Source: an uncultured Bacteroidales bacterium (GTDB lineage: Bacteria; Bacteroidota; Bacteroidia; Bacteroidales; GCA-2748055). Taken from it: a DNA stretch of 64,000 nucleotides. The position numbers and the translations under genes were made by a program. This document shows, piece after piece, positions 54,342 to 64,000 of the stretch (position 1 is its first letter; every line of letters starts with the position of its first letter). The stretch covers positions 9,492 to 73,491 of the forward strand of contig CAVXNX010000004.1 of assembly GCA_963763215.1 (NCBI GenBank), written 5' to 3'. Below the pieces are notes generated by a model that had not been told where the DNA came from, ran no database searches, and was given only the letters and a program-made list of their open reading frames with translations.

Positions 54342-55469
54342 TTAAAACCCATTCTCTTTTTCCCCCGCCTGGTTCATCGGAGCATACATATCCGGCATTT
54401 CATCCTCGAACATAAACGTGGTATCCCGGATCATCTTTAGAAAATCGGGCACACTCGGATTCCCCGGATAGATTGAGTAATACATGTCGTCATGGTAATT
54501 CGCCCATAACAAAAGGTACGAGATCTTACGGGCCACGGGATCCCTGGCGACCTGCCCGAGAAAACCGGTCCACCAGTCGGTGATATCGTGCCGCGAATAT
54601 CCCGTTTCTGTCAGGGCGGCAACCTTGTTTTTTTCCGTGGCCAGGCCGACCACCATCCGTATGCGTTTGAGAAATTCCGGCAAATTGTTCGATTCCACAT
54701 CCCGGTAAATATCGATGCCGAGGATATCCACATAGCCATCACCGGGATAGCGCTCAAGGTAATGGGCTGCCGACTCCACCGTGTCGGGTGAATAGGCATA
54801 GAGGAAATTATGAACACCGAGGGTATCCCTGAGGTAATCGACCGTGAAACGCCAGAGGGAGATAAACTGACCAGGCGTGTTGAAGTCTTCCCCCCACCAG
54901 AACCAGTTGCCGGTGTGTTCATGGAACGGGCGGTATATCACCGGGATGGGTTTACCCCCGGCAGTCGTGAGATTTTTGGCAAAGGTGCCAACCCTGTCCA
55001 GGATGTCGGTGTAATTTTTATGAAACGCTCCGCCAGGAAGGATATCGTCGATATTGAGGGTCGTATCACGCGGTCCCCTGCCTGAAACAGGATTCTGCAT
55101 GTGCTGTGAAAAGGTGATCACCCCTCCGCGTTGGTAAGAACCCATGATCGCTTTGCGCTCCATGGCCAGGTACCGCTCCTCTGCCTCGCCGAAATCATAT
55201 CCGTATACGGCGGGATAGTGCCCACAGACTGCATACAGGTCGCATGTGAATGCGGTGTCCCTGTGGGACCACCTGCCATATTCCTGCGTCAACGCACCCT
55301 GCTGTCCGAAAAGGATGTGCTTGCCCGAAAGTGCCTTAAGATGTTCATACAGGTGCTTTGTCTCAGGGGTGGCATGGCGGTCGACCAGTCCGGGACCACC
55401 AGGCCTGTCACACGAGGTGATCGCCGCAATGAACAACATGGCGGTAAAAAAATGTCTCAGGAGATTCAT
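54342..55469 (-). CDS. GH26 beta-mannanase-like lipoprotein
   Basis: Lipobox ITSC; YRPFHEHTGNWFWWG (acid/base Glu), YPGDGYVDILGID, ALTETG (nucleophile); TAACTTTG box at 55529-55536 on the minus strand. Confidence 0.9.
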   Translation of the reverse strand: MNLLRHFFTAMLFIAAITSCDRPGGPGLVDRHATPETKHLYEHLKALSGKHILFGQQGALTQEYGRWSHRDTAFTCDLYAVCGHYPAVYGYDFGEAEERYLAMERKAIMGSYQRGGVITFSQHMQNPVSGRGPRDTTLNIDDILPGGAFHKNYTDILDRVGTFAKNLTTAGGKPIPVIYRPFHEHTGNWFWWGEDFNTPGQFISLWRFTVDYLRDTLGVHNFLYAYSPDTVESAAHYLERYPGDGYVDILGIDIYRDVESNNLPEFLKRIRMVVGLATEKNKVAALTETGYSRHDITDWWTGFLGQVARDPVARKISYLLLWANYHDDMYYSIYPGNPSVPDFLKMIRDTTFMFEDEMPDMYAPMNQAGEKENGF

Positions 55470-55635
55470 CTGGTTAAGTTTTGAATGAAATGAAATACAA
55501 TCGCATCGGGTGTCTCTTCATGTGACGGCAAAGTTAAAATTTTTGGCTGAACCGCTGAAGGGAATGGTGGGTGCGATAGCACAGAAATTTACCAGAATGG
55601 TTAAAGCCATACAAAATCCTTAACTTTCCGCCTGA

Positions 55636-56175
55636 TCCATTGTTGAAGACATCAGACAAGAGTTGATCATCCGGCGTGAACTTTCCGATAATTACTGCCA
55701 TTACAATGAACAGTATGATTCCCTCGCCAATATCCCGGCGTGGGCAGCTGCAACCCTCGATGCGCACCGGAAAGACGAGCGGGAAATCATCTATGACCTT
55801 GATGAACTGGAAAATGCACAAACATCCGATCCTCTTTGGAATGCCGCGCACAACCAGATGCGGTTCACAGGCAAGATGCATGGTTACATGCGGATGTACT
55901 GGGCAAAGAAAATGGCCGCCTGGACCGCGAGGCCGGAGACGGCCCTCGAATACAGCCTGTATCTGAATGACAAATATGAACTGGACGGAAGGGATCCCAA
56001 TGGCTATGCGGGGTGTGCATGGTCGATCGGAGCCGTTCATGACCGCGCCTGGGCCGACCGGCCTGTAACGGGAAAAATCAGGTATATGAATGAAAACGGT
56101 GCCCGTCGTAAATTCGATGTCCGCACCTATATCCGCAAATGGACTTCGGCCGGTATTCCCGGTCAACCCGGGTGA
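55636..56175 (+). pseudogene. phrB: 5'-truncated class II CPD DNA photolyase (C-terminal FAD-binding half only)
   Basis: ELIIRRELSDNYC, DPLWNAAH, GKMHGYMRMYWAKK, YLNDKYELDGRDPNGYAG, HDRAW, GKIRYMN; in-frame TGA at 55633-55635 and no room for the N-terminal domain. Confidence 0.85.
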
Positions 56176-56182
56176 TGAAACC

Positions 56183-56299
56183 GTCCGTTTCCGGACCACC
56201 TCTATCCGGATCCGGACAGTATCTGTACCCTGAAAGGCGAGCAATCTTGGCTTATAATGCAGTTTATCAATACATTGCATGAGTTGGCATAATCCATGC
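56183..56299 (+). promoter_or_regulatory. Putative sigma54 promoter with two palindromic upstream activator sites
   Basis: GTCCG-TTTC-CGGAC (56183) and ATCCG-GATC-CGGAC (56204), 21 bp apart; TGGCATA-ATCC-ATGC at 56285-56299. Confidence 0.6.
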
Positions 56300-56323
56300 G
56301 GCCTGTATTGAAAATGACCGGCA

Positions 56324-58717
56324 ATGCTGAGAAGTTTTCTCATCGTCTTCATCAGGAATCTCACCAGGCAAAAGGGATTTAGTCTCATTAACATCCTGGG
56401 CCTGACACTGGGCCTTACGGTGAGTTTTCTCATCATCCTGTATATCTTCAATGAATTGAGTTATGACCGGTTTCACAAGGATTCCGGCAGGATCTACCGC
56501 ATTGCCATCGAGGGAAAGCTCGGTGAAATGCCGCTGAACGTGGCGGTCACCCCGGGAGCTCTCGGGCATACCTTAAAGAGAGAACTTCCTGAAATAGAAG
56601 ACTATACGGTATTCTTCCATGTTGGCGGCAGCCAGTTGCTCAGGGCAGGTGAAAAGAAGTTTTACGACTCTCACATGATTTATGCCGACACCAGCTTTTT
56701 CAGGATCTTCACGTTCAACATGATATACGGGAATCCGGCAGAAGCTCTGAAAGCCCCCAGGTCGGTTGTCCTCACCGAAAGTGTTGCCCGGAAATATTTC
56801 GGCGATGCCAACCCGGTGGGTGAAATACTCAGACTGAATAACCAGACAAACCTGACGGTCACAGGAGTCATCAATGATCCCGTTGAAGAAACCCATCTCG
56901 CCTTCAACCTGCTGACCTCATTCCAAACACTCGTTGAAGAAAGGGGACCGGGCATTTTGGATGACTGGGGCGATATGATGTATTACACTTACCTCAAGCT
57001 CAAACCAGGGATCGAACCGAAATCTTTTGAGGCCAAGATCAGTGATTTCCTCAATAAATACGCGGGCGAGAATATGGAGGAAGAAAACATTGAAATGCAT
57101 CCGTACCTACAGCCTGTCCGTGATATCCATCTGAAATCAAACCTGATCGGCGAAATCCGGCCCAATGGTGACATGTCCTACATTTACATCCTGTCCTTCA
57201 TTGCCATTGGCATTCTCCTGATTGCTGGGATGAATTTCATGAACCTTTCCACGGCGCGTTCTTCCAACAGGGCTATGGAAGTGAGCGTTCGCAAGCTCAT
57301 GGGCGCCAGAAGAGAACAGCTCATCTATCAGTTCCTCGGCGAATCCGTGTTCCTGAGCCTCCTTAGCCTGGTTTTCGCACTGGCCCTCATCGAGATCCTG
57401 CTGCCGGCTTTTAACCAGATCACCGGCAAAAACATCTCCATCAATTACCTTGAAAACTGGAGACTCATGCTGAGTTTCGGGCTCATCGCCCTGCTTGTGG
57501 GGATTTTTTCCGGCAGTTACCCTGCCCTTTTCCTTTCAACCTTCAAACCCGTGCGAATCCTAAAGTCGAGACTTCATAGCGGCGGGTCAAACAAAACGAT
57601 GCGGAATGTCCTGGTTTTTGTCCAGTTCACCATCTCAGCGGGATTGATCGTCTCCACCCTCATCATCTACCGGCAGCTGAACTATATCCGGGAAAAACGG
57701 CTGGGCTTTGACAAGGACAATGTGATCACGATCTTCCTGCGCAACGAAGAAATTAAAAAGAATGCCGTGGTCTTAAAAGAAAATATCACGGCCCTTCCCG
57801 GGATCGAGGCTGCCAGCCTGGCTTCATCGGTTCCCGGGATGAGCCTGTCGGGCGCTTCCTATTACCCTGAAGGCTTCATGAACGAACCCTGGCTGATCTT
57901 TAATTTCGATTCGGATGAGGATTTTGTGGATAAGACCCTGAAAATGGAGCTCATCAAAGGCCGGAATTTCTCCCTCGACTTCCCGTCCGATTCGTCGGCT
58001 GTGATCATCAATGAGACCCTGATGAAAAAGCTCGGATGGGAGGAACCTCTCGGACGAACCATTAAAAGCAACGATGACAACAGGAAGGCTTTTCATGTGA
58101 TCGGTGTGGTAAAGGACTTTCACTACCGTTCATTTCATGAGCTCATCGGTCCCACGATGATCCTGTACAAACGCAACCTCCCCGGCTTTCTGGTTGTCAG
58201 GCTCACTGCCGGAGAAAAGGAAAAAACGCTCCAGAGCATCGCCACAGCGTGGAATAAACTCAATCCCGAACTTCCGTTCGACTATGAGTTCATCGATCAG
58301 TCATTCCAGGAACTTTACAGCTCGGAACGAAAGCTGGGTGCCCTTTTCATCTACCTGACCCTCTTTGCCATATTCATTGCCTCACTGGGGCTCCTCGGCC
58401 TCGCGTCCTATACAGCCGAACAGCGGACAAAAGAGATCGGCATCAGGAAGTCTATGGGCGCGAGTATTTTTGAAGTAAGCCGGATGCTTTCGGTGGAATA
58501 CCTCCGCCTGATCCTGATCTCCAACATCATCGCCTGGCCGTTGAGCTATTACCTGATGGAGTTATGGCTCAGGGATTTCTCCTACCGGACCGGTATTCCT
58601 TTGTGGGCATTTCCCCTGACCGGCATCCTTACACTCCTTCCTGCGCTGATCATTATCAATATCCAAACCATCAGGACAGCTGCCGCAAATCCCGTCAATG
58701 CCCTGAGGTACGAATGA
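56324..58717 (+). CDS. ABC transporter permease (tandem MacB/FtsX type)
   Basis: FSLINILGL, ELSYDRFH, LQPVRDIHL, NFMNLSTARS..RAMEV.VRK, EQRTKEIGIRK, ANPVNALRYE. Confidence 0.93.
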   Translation: MLRSFLIVFIRNLTRQKGFSLINILGLTLGLTVSFLIILYIFNELSYDRFHKDSGRIYRIAIEGKLGEMPLNVAVTPGALGHTLKRELPEIEDYTVFFHVGGSQLLRAGEKKFYDSHMIYADTSFFRIFTFNMIYGNPAEALKAPRSVVLTESVARKYFGDANPVGEILRLNNQTNLTVTGVINDPVEETHLAFNLLTSFQTLVEERGPGILDDWGDMMYYTYLKLKPGIEPKSFEAKISDFLNKYAGENMEEENIEMHPYLQPVRDIHLKSNLIGEIRPNGDMSYIYILSFIAIGILLIAGMNFMNLSTARSSNRAMEVSVRKLMGARREQLIYQFLGESVFLSLLSLVFALALIEILLPAFNQITGKNISINYLENWRLMLSFGLIALLVGIFSGSYPALFLSTFKPVRILKSRLHSGGSNKTMRNVLVFVQFTISAGLIVSTLIIYRQLNYIREKRLGFDKDNVITIFLRNEEIKKNAVVLKENITALPGIEAASLASSVPGMSLSGASYYPEGFMNEPWLIFNFDSDEDFVDKTLKMELIKGRNFSLDFPSDSSAVIINETLMKKLGWEEPLGRTIKSNDDNRKAFHVIGVVKDFHYRSFHELIGPTMILYKRNLPGFLVVRLTAGEKEKTLQSIATAWNKLNPELPFDYEFIDQSFQELYSSERKLGALFIYLTLFAIFIASLGLLGLASYTAEQRTKEIGIRKSMGASIFEVSRMLSVEYLRLILISNIIAWPLSYYLMELWLRDFSYRTGIPLWAFPLTGILTLLPALIIINIQTIRTAAANPVNALRYE

Positions 58718-58832
58718 CCACTACGCTTCAGGCCACATACCGGACCACAATGAACCCTCCCCTTTCAGGTTTGTTGTAGGAATAAACATCCGTGAAAACC
58801 CTGAAACGTATTCTTTTTGCCCTGATCAACGC

Positions 58833-58956
58833 TTTCACCAAAAAATCATCATCCACTGACCACCTGATAAACAGGAAGGGATCATTCGCCTTTCATCCTC
58901 TCCCTCCTGAAGGAAAAAGGAAAACAGGCCGGATGATCCCTTCCGTTTTGGTGAAA
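58833..58956. repeat. Nested inverted repeats between convergent genes
   Basis: TTTCACCAAAA/TTTTGGTGAAA and GGAAGGGATCATTCG/CGGATGATCCCTTCC. Confidence 0.65.
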
Positions 58957-58967
58957 AATTTTCAGCT

Positions 58968-60272
58968 CTACCTGAGTATCAGTTTGCGGGTTTGCAACCC
59001 TCCGGAGGTTTCAATCCTCAGGAAATAAACGCCCTTCCTGAAATTGGAATAATCCAGCATGAGTTCGTTGGTGCTGACCTGCCGTTCATCCAGGATCTGT
59101 CCTGAAATACTATACAAACGGATGCGCGTCATGACCAAACCGTCATTCGTGCCGATCATGACCAATCCTGCCGACGGGTTAGGATAGACGTGGAGGCCAT
59201 GACCGGATTCCAGGCCGGGGACTCCTGAAGAGCCTCCGCCAATGTCCGTGAAATTGGTATTATGCACGAACAAAAGCGTCGTATCTCCCCCCACATCATC
59301 GAATTCAAGCCGCCATGCATGATCAGCCGGAGGCGGATCATACCTGCCGTTCATGTTGAGATCGGCATAAAAGTCAACGCGGTAGCTATCGTTCGGCTGG
59401 ATCCCGGGAATGGTCATCGTGAAGCTGGCCTGCCGGATTGTATCGATGGTGATGTTGGCGAGCAGCGAATCGACGTCGGATCCATTCATCCTGTAAAGTT
59501 TCAGATTAAACATCTGTCCGACATGTGGCGTCATGTCCTTAAAGTCCATGGTCAAAACATAGGGCCACATGATATCGGTGAAGTTCGTGTTGTGGGTGAA
59601 GGTCAGCGTGGTGTCACCCGTCACATTGTCCAGCTCGAGCCTCCAGGCATGATCAGCCGGCGGCGTATCGTACACCTTGTTGCCGTTCAGGTCCGCAAAG
59701 AAATCGACCCTGTAGCTGTTGCCGGGCATGATCCCGGGGATGGTCATCGTGAAATCCGGCCCCGGTACGGCATTCAGCTTCTGCCTGGCCACTTCCGTCC
59801 CATCGGCTTTGTTGACCACGCGCAGTTCGAGCAGCTGTCCGACATGCGGCGTCATGTCCTTAAAGTCCATCGTCAAAACATAGGGCCACATGATATCGGT
59901 GAAGTTCGTGTTGTGCACGAAATCGATCGTATCATGATCCGTGGCATCATCAAGGCTCAGGCGCCATGCGTGATCGACGGGAGGGACATCATATTTTCCA
60001 TTTCCGTTGAAATCGGCGAAAAAGTCAATCCAGTAACTATGCCCGACTTCAAGATTGTTGAAATCCAACGAAAATGCAGGACTTGCGGTTACTTCAGTCC
60101 GGTCGATTTCAGAGCCATTGGCTTTGTCATAAATCCTCAGAAACACCTCCTGGCCATTATGGGGTGTCATATCCGAAAAATTAATGGTCAGGTCCGAGGC
60201 ATAGCCATTCAAAAAAAACGTGCAGAAAGCAAAGATGGCTAAGCCTTTCCAAACAGTAGAATTTTTTGTCAT
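58968..60272 (-). CDS. T9SS type-A-CTD secreted protein with three internal repeats of about 105-112 aa
   Basis: Signal peptide; 3x [DMTPH..Y..DF.AD.N.N..YD.PP.DHAWRL....HNTNFTDI]; CTD VYPNPS...GVYFLRI...KLILR. Confidence 0.88.
   Translation of the reverse strand: MTKNSTVWKGLAIFAFCTFFLNGYASDLTINFSDMTPHNGQEVFLRIYDKANGSEIDRTEVTASPAFSLDFNNLEVGHSYWIDFFADFNGNGKYDVPPVDHAWRLSLDDATDHDTIDFVHNTNFTDIMWPYVLTMDFKDMTPHVGQLLELRVVNKADGTEVARQKLNAVPGPDFTMTIPGIMPGNSYRVDFFADLNGNKVYDTPPADHAWRLELDNVTGDTTLTFTHNTNFTDIMWPYVLTMDFKDMTPHVGQMFNLKLYRMNGSDVDSLLANITIDTIRQASFTMTIPGIQPNDSYRVDFYADLNMNGRYDPPPADHAWRLEFDDVGGDTTLLFVHNTNFTDIGGGSSGVPGLESGHGLHVYPNPSAGLVMIGTNDGLVMTRIRLYSISGQILDERQVSTNELMLDYSNFRKGVYFLRIETSGGLQTRKLILR
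59514..59915. repeat. Near-identical 81-bp intragenic direct repeat (59514-59594 versus 59835-59915)
   Basis: 79 of 81 positions identical by inspection; offset 321 bp (107 codons). Confidence 0.85.
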
Positions 60273-60577
60273 GCGCGCATGGTTTATGATTGTTATGATT
60301 TATCTGGAACAATCAAAATTTACATTTGTTTCCTGGATATCAAACAATTATATCGTTATACGCTTTTGGATAAGGACCATCTTGACGAGGGGAAGCATCC
60401 CAGGTCAAAATCGAAGATGAGCTGCTAAAATAATTCAGTGAAATACATTAGCGTACTCAGGATCAGAATGGGTGACAAAGGCAGAGTCCGGGTAAGAGTT
60501 CAAGGTCTCGGGGCAATGGTGAGACCTTCCATGTGCGCAGGCCTTTCAGGGACTTGGGCGCGACAGCGGGTAAAGCC

Positions 60578-62615
60578 TTATCTCTGTTTGCGGAATTCAG
60601 GTACCGTGTCCCTCCCATCGTTCAGGTGTAATTCGCGTGGGGAGAGCTTCGGCACCGGTATTTTTTCCAGGGCGACTTCCTGGTGAGTGATGGTGAAATC
60701 CTTGTTGAAATGGACGATGTTGAGCGATTGGTTTTCGAATCCGCCGCCGGGGGATTTTTTTCTAAAATGGTAACCCGGCAGAAGCTGACCGTCCCGGCTG
60801 TCGAGGATTGTCCCGACGAACCGGTTGTCGTTATTCCGGATCGCGTCAAGGAACGAAAAAGTGGCATCATGACCCAGGAAGGCATAAGGGCAACCTTTCC
60901 GGGTGGTGAAGGATGGTTCGGCTTTGAAGGCACTCCGGAACCTGGCCAGAAAGTCTTCAATCTGCTGATCATCAAAGCTGTAATAATAGGGAGTGATGTA
61001 GGTCAGTCCCAGTTTATGGAAGGCCTGGAAATCCGAATTCTGGAAGACCGGCCATTGAGGCATCCCGAAAACCTGGATATCAAAATTTCTGGCTTCGAAA
61101 TACAACTGGGAGACCACGGCTGTCACAAACGACTCATCGGTCACGGGAATAATGACGATATTCTTTTTCTCCTTTGAGAGGGCCTGGCCCAGGTCTGCGG
61201 AAATATCGGCCCTGGCGATATTGTCGTATACGATTTCCTTGATGATCGCATTCTCAGAATAGGTGTAATGCTGGAGCGATTTCATCAGTTCATTCTTGAA
61301 ATATTCGATCTTGTTCACGTCCAGGCTGTCGGCCCCGTAAATGAAAACAAAATTCGAATTGAAATCCCTGGCCAGGTATTGTGATGCCAGCTTAAATTCC
61401 GTCGTATAGGAAGGATTGAGCTGGAACAGGTAAGGATTGGAGGCTGTCAGGCTGTCGCTGGCATAAAACGGGCATATCAGCGGGATATGGTGTGTGCGTG
61501 AGAAGTCATTAACGATCTCCACATTCCAGGAGTAGAAGGGCCCGATGATAAGGTCGACATCCCGGAAGAAGGGTGAAGCCAGGATCTTCCTGCATGTGGG
61601 AAGGGCTTTTATGGGTGTCGAAATAATGGATATCCATCGACAAGCCTTCCTGCCTCAGTGAATCGATCGCGATAAGACTCCCCTCCATGAATTCCAAAAA
61701 GTTCACCGATGCAGGAAGCAATTCGGAAGCGGCCTCATCGATATCTTTTACCCCCATTTCCGATTCTTCCTCGTTTTCGGCGGGCTGGGGCTGTTCCTGA
61801 TTATAGGCAAAGGGAATGAGGTAGGCGACCTTCAGCTGTTTTCCGGGATAATAAGGCAGAGTCATCGCATACTCATCAAGGGAAAATTCGGGAATGGTAT
61901 CGGACTGCATGGGCGTCAGGGTATCCGGGGTCAATTCCGCCTCCTTTTCACCCGCCGCAACTCGGGCTCCCCGGCTTGGGAATCCGGATGATCTGTCCGG
62001 TTTTCAGCCCTCCCCACTGCAGTTCAGGATTGTACTTTTTAATGTCGTCGATACTGACATCGTATCGCTTTGAAATTCCGAACATGGTATCCCGCCGTCG
62101 CACCTTATGGAGGATAAAATCGTCATCGTTATAAACCGACTTGTGCCCGGGGGATAAGGATTACCTGTCCGATCTGAAGATTTGTATAATCAAGTTCAGG
62201 ATTCGCCTGCCGGATGGCATCGGGTGAAACATTGTATATCCGGGACAGGGCAAAAATATTTTCACCCTGACTTCAGGGTATGATAGATGAACTTGGTGGT
62301 ATCGACATTTTGCGCCTGGGTAAAAGGCCTGGAAGGGACCTGTTCAGGGATCTTCAGCATCTGTCCCACCTGCAGCCCGGAATACACTCCGGGATTCTCC
62401 AGGGCGATGTCCTTTTCGGTTACGTTATAGGCCTTACTGATGGAAAACAGGGTCTGTCCGGGTTTGACCACATGGATGTAATAGACCTTGCCTTCGATGA
62501 TAACCTTACTGTCCGATTTTTTAACCGTCACCGGTTCCTGGGCATTCAGCACAGGGGAAAGAGCCATAAAAACAAAAAAGATCACAAAGGCCAGAACCTT
62601 CTTATTCATATTCAT
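60578..62615 (-). CDS. LysM-repeat protein with a C-terminal periplasmic-binding-protein-like domain, several frameshifts
   Basis: Signal peptide; HVVKPGQTLFSISKAYNV...GQMLKIP and further LysM repeats; KVAYLIPF, FMEGSLIAIDSL, YFDT, IIGPF, NPYLFQLNPS, AFLGHD. Confidence 0.82.
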
Positions 62616-62777
62616 AAACGTCGCTTTTCTGAAAGGATATTTTCCACCTTATACGTCATCTCCTCCTGCCGGTTCCCACATAATTCTCTGCCGTCTAACA
62701 GGCCGGTAAGGATTCGTAAGGTGGATATTTTCTCCCGCTAAGTTACCGAATAAATAAACAGTATTTAAGCTGAAATA

Positions 62778-63727
62778 TTACAGCGTTTTCAAAGATTCCG
62801 TGATATTTGAAAAGATTCTTTCTTCGATCTTTCCGGATTCGGCCCTCTGGAATGGTTCGCCGGTGATCTTCTCAAACAATTCGATATAACGTTCTGAGAC
62901 CTGGTTGACAAAATCATCGGGCATTTCGGGCATTTTCTGGCCGATCTGACCCTGGAAGCCTCTTTCGATCAGCCATTGCCTGACAAATTCCTTGGAGAGT
63001 TGCCTCTGGGGTTCATCCTTTTGCCTGCCGTTCCTCGTAACCGTCAGCATAGAAATAGCGGGAAGAATCGGGCGTATGGATTTCATCGATGAGGATGATC
63101 TCGCCGTCAGCCTTCCCGAATTCATACTTGGTATCCACCAGGATCAGTCCTTTTTCGGCAGCCATTTCCGTGCCCCGCTGAAAGAGTTTCCGGGTATAGT
63201 TTTCCAGGACACCGTAATCGGCAGCGGAGACGAGACCCTGGTCGATGATCTCCTGCTTTGAGATATCCAGGTCATGACCTTCATCGGCTTTGGTAGTCGG
63301 GGTGATCAATGGCGTTAGGCAGACGGTCGTGCTCTTTAAGTCCGTCGGGCAGCGGTTCTCCGCAAAGCTCCCTTTTACCCGCCTTGTATTCCCTCCAGGC
63401 ATGGCCCGTGAGATAGGCGCGAATGACCATCTCCACCTTGAAAGGTTCGGCGAACTGCCCGACGGTGACCATTGGATCGGGACTGGCCAGTTTCCAGTTC
63501 GGAACAATATCGGCGGTTGCATCGAGAAACCGCGTGGCAATCTGGTTCAGGACCTGACCTTTGAACGGAATGCCTTTGGGCAGGACCACATCGAAAGCGG
63601 AAATCCTGTCGGTCACCACCATGACGAGGTATTTGCCGTTGATATTATAGACATCTCTGACCTTCCCCTTATACAGATTTTTCTGACCGGGGAATTGAAA
63701 CGAAGTACTAATAATTGCCTGATTCAT
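62778..63727 (-). CDS. purC: SAICAR synthetase, two +1 frameshifts near 63316 and 63016
   Basis: [66 protein letters not shown]. Confidence 0.95.
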
Positions 63728-63746
63728 GAATAGCGTTTTTTAACGT

Positions 63747-64000
63747 TTATAATTCTTCTGTTTCACCATAATTGCGGTATGCCTCCACGATTTGTTTCAC
63801 CAGGCGGTGACGCACAATGTCGCGTTCATCGAAATGGATTATGGAAATGCCTTTGATCCCCGAGAGGACCTTTTCGGCCAGGATGAGTCCCGATTCATAC
63901 TTCCTGGGCAGATCGATCTGGGTCACATCGCCGGTTACGATGAATTTTGCATTGCGCCCCATGCGGGTGAGGAACATCTTGAGCTGGTTGCCGGTTGCAT
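63747..64000 (-). CDS. phoH: PhoH-family protein (3' part only)
   Basis: QLKMFLTRMG, VTGDVTQIDLP, DIVRHRLVKQIVEAY. Confidence 0.92.
   Translation of the reverse strand, partial: ATGNQLKMFLTRMGRNAKFIVTGDVTQIDLPRKYESGLILAEKVLSGIKGISIIHFDERDIVRHRLVKQIVEAYRNYGETEEL

Overview
This 64 kb window looks like core chromosome of a Bacteroidota bacterium, probably an environmental Bacteroidales lineage. The evidence is TAnnTTTG promoter boxes, T9SS cargo proteins with PorP/SprF, and the relA-fur-purA gene order. Housekeeping genes include relA/spoT, fur, purA, metH-metF, pepD, nnr, purC and phoH, mixed with transporters, sensors and T9SS surface proteins. I found no rRNA, tRNA, CRISPR array, prophage or intact IS. 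At least nine genes are split by 1-nt indels, including purC and metH, which most likely reflects long-read consensus error. Main points of interest: (1) a PqqD/RiPP-recognition-element (RRE) gene, hidden by two frameshifts, between an OPT oligopeptide importer and the dipeptidase PepD with no RiPP enzymes nearby; (2) a pyruvoyl arginine decarboxylase-agmatinase-deoxyhypusine-synthase-like operon, a likely homospermidine route; (3) a PLP serine-racemase-family enzyme with an aspartate-racemase-like HSS loop; (4) a Trx-Grx fusion plus orphan GroES behind a sigma54-like promoter; (5) a T9SS protein made of three His/Met-conserving repeats; (6) an orphan C39 peptidase ABC exporter; (7) 7-mer and G-rich 8-mer tandem arrays on either side of a POT transporter. 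All calls are by eye from motifs; no database searches were run.
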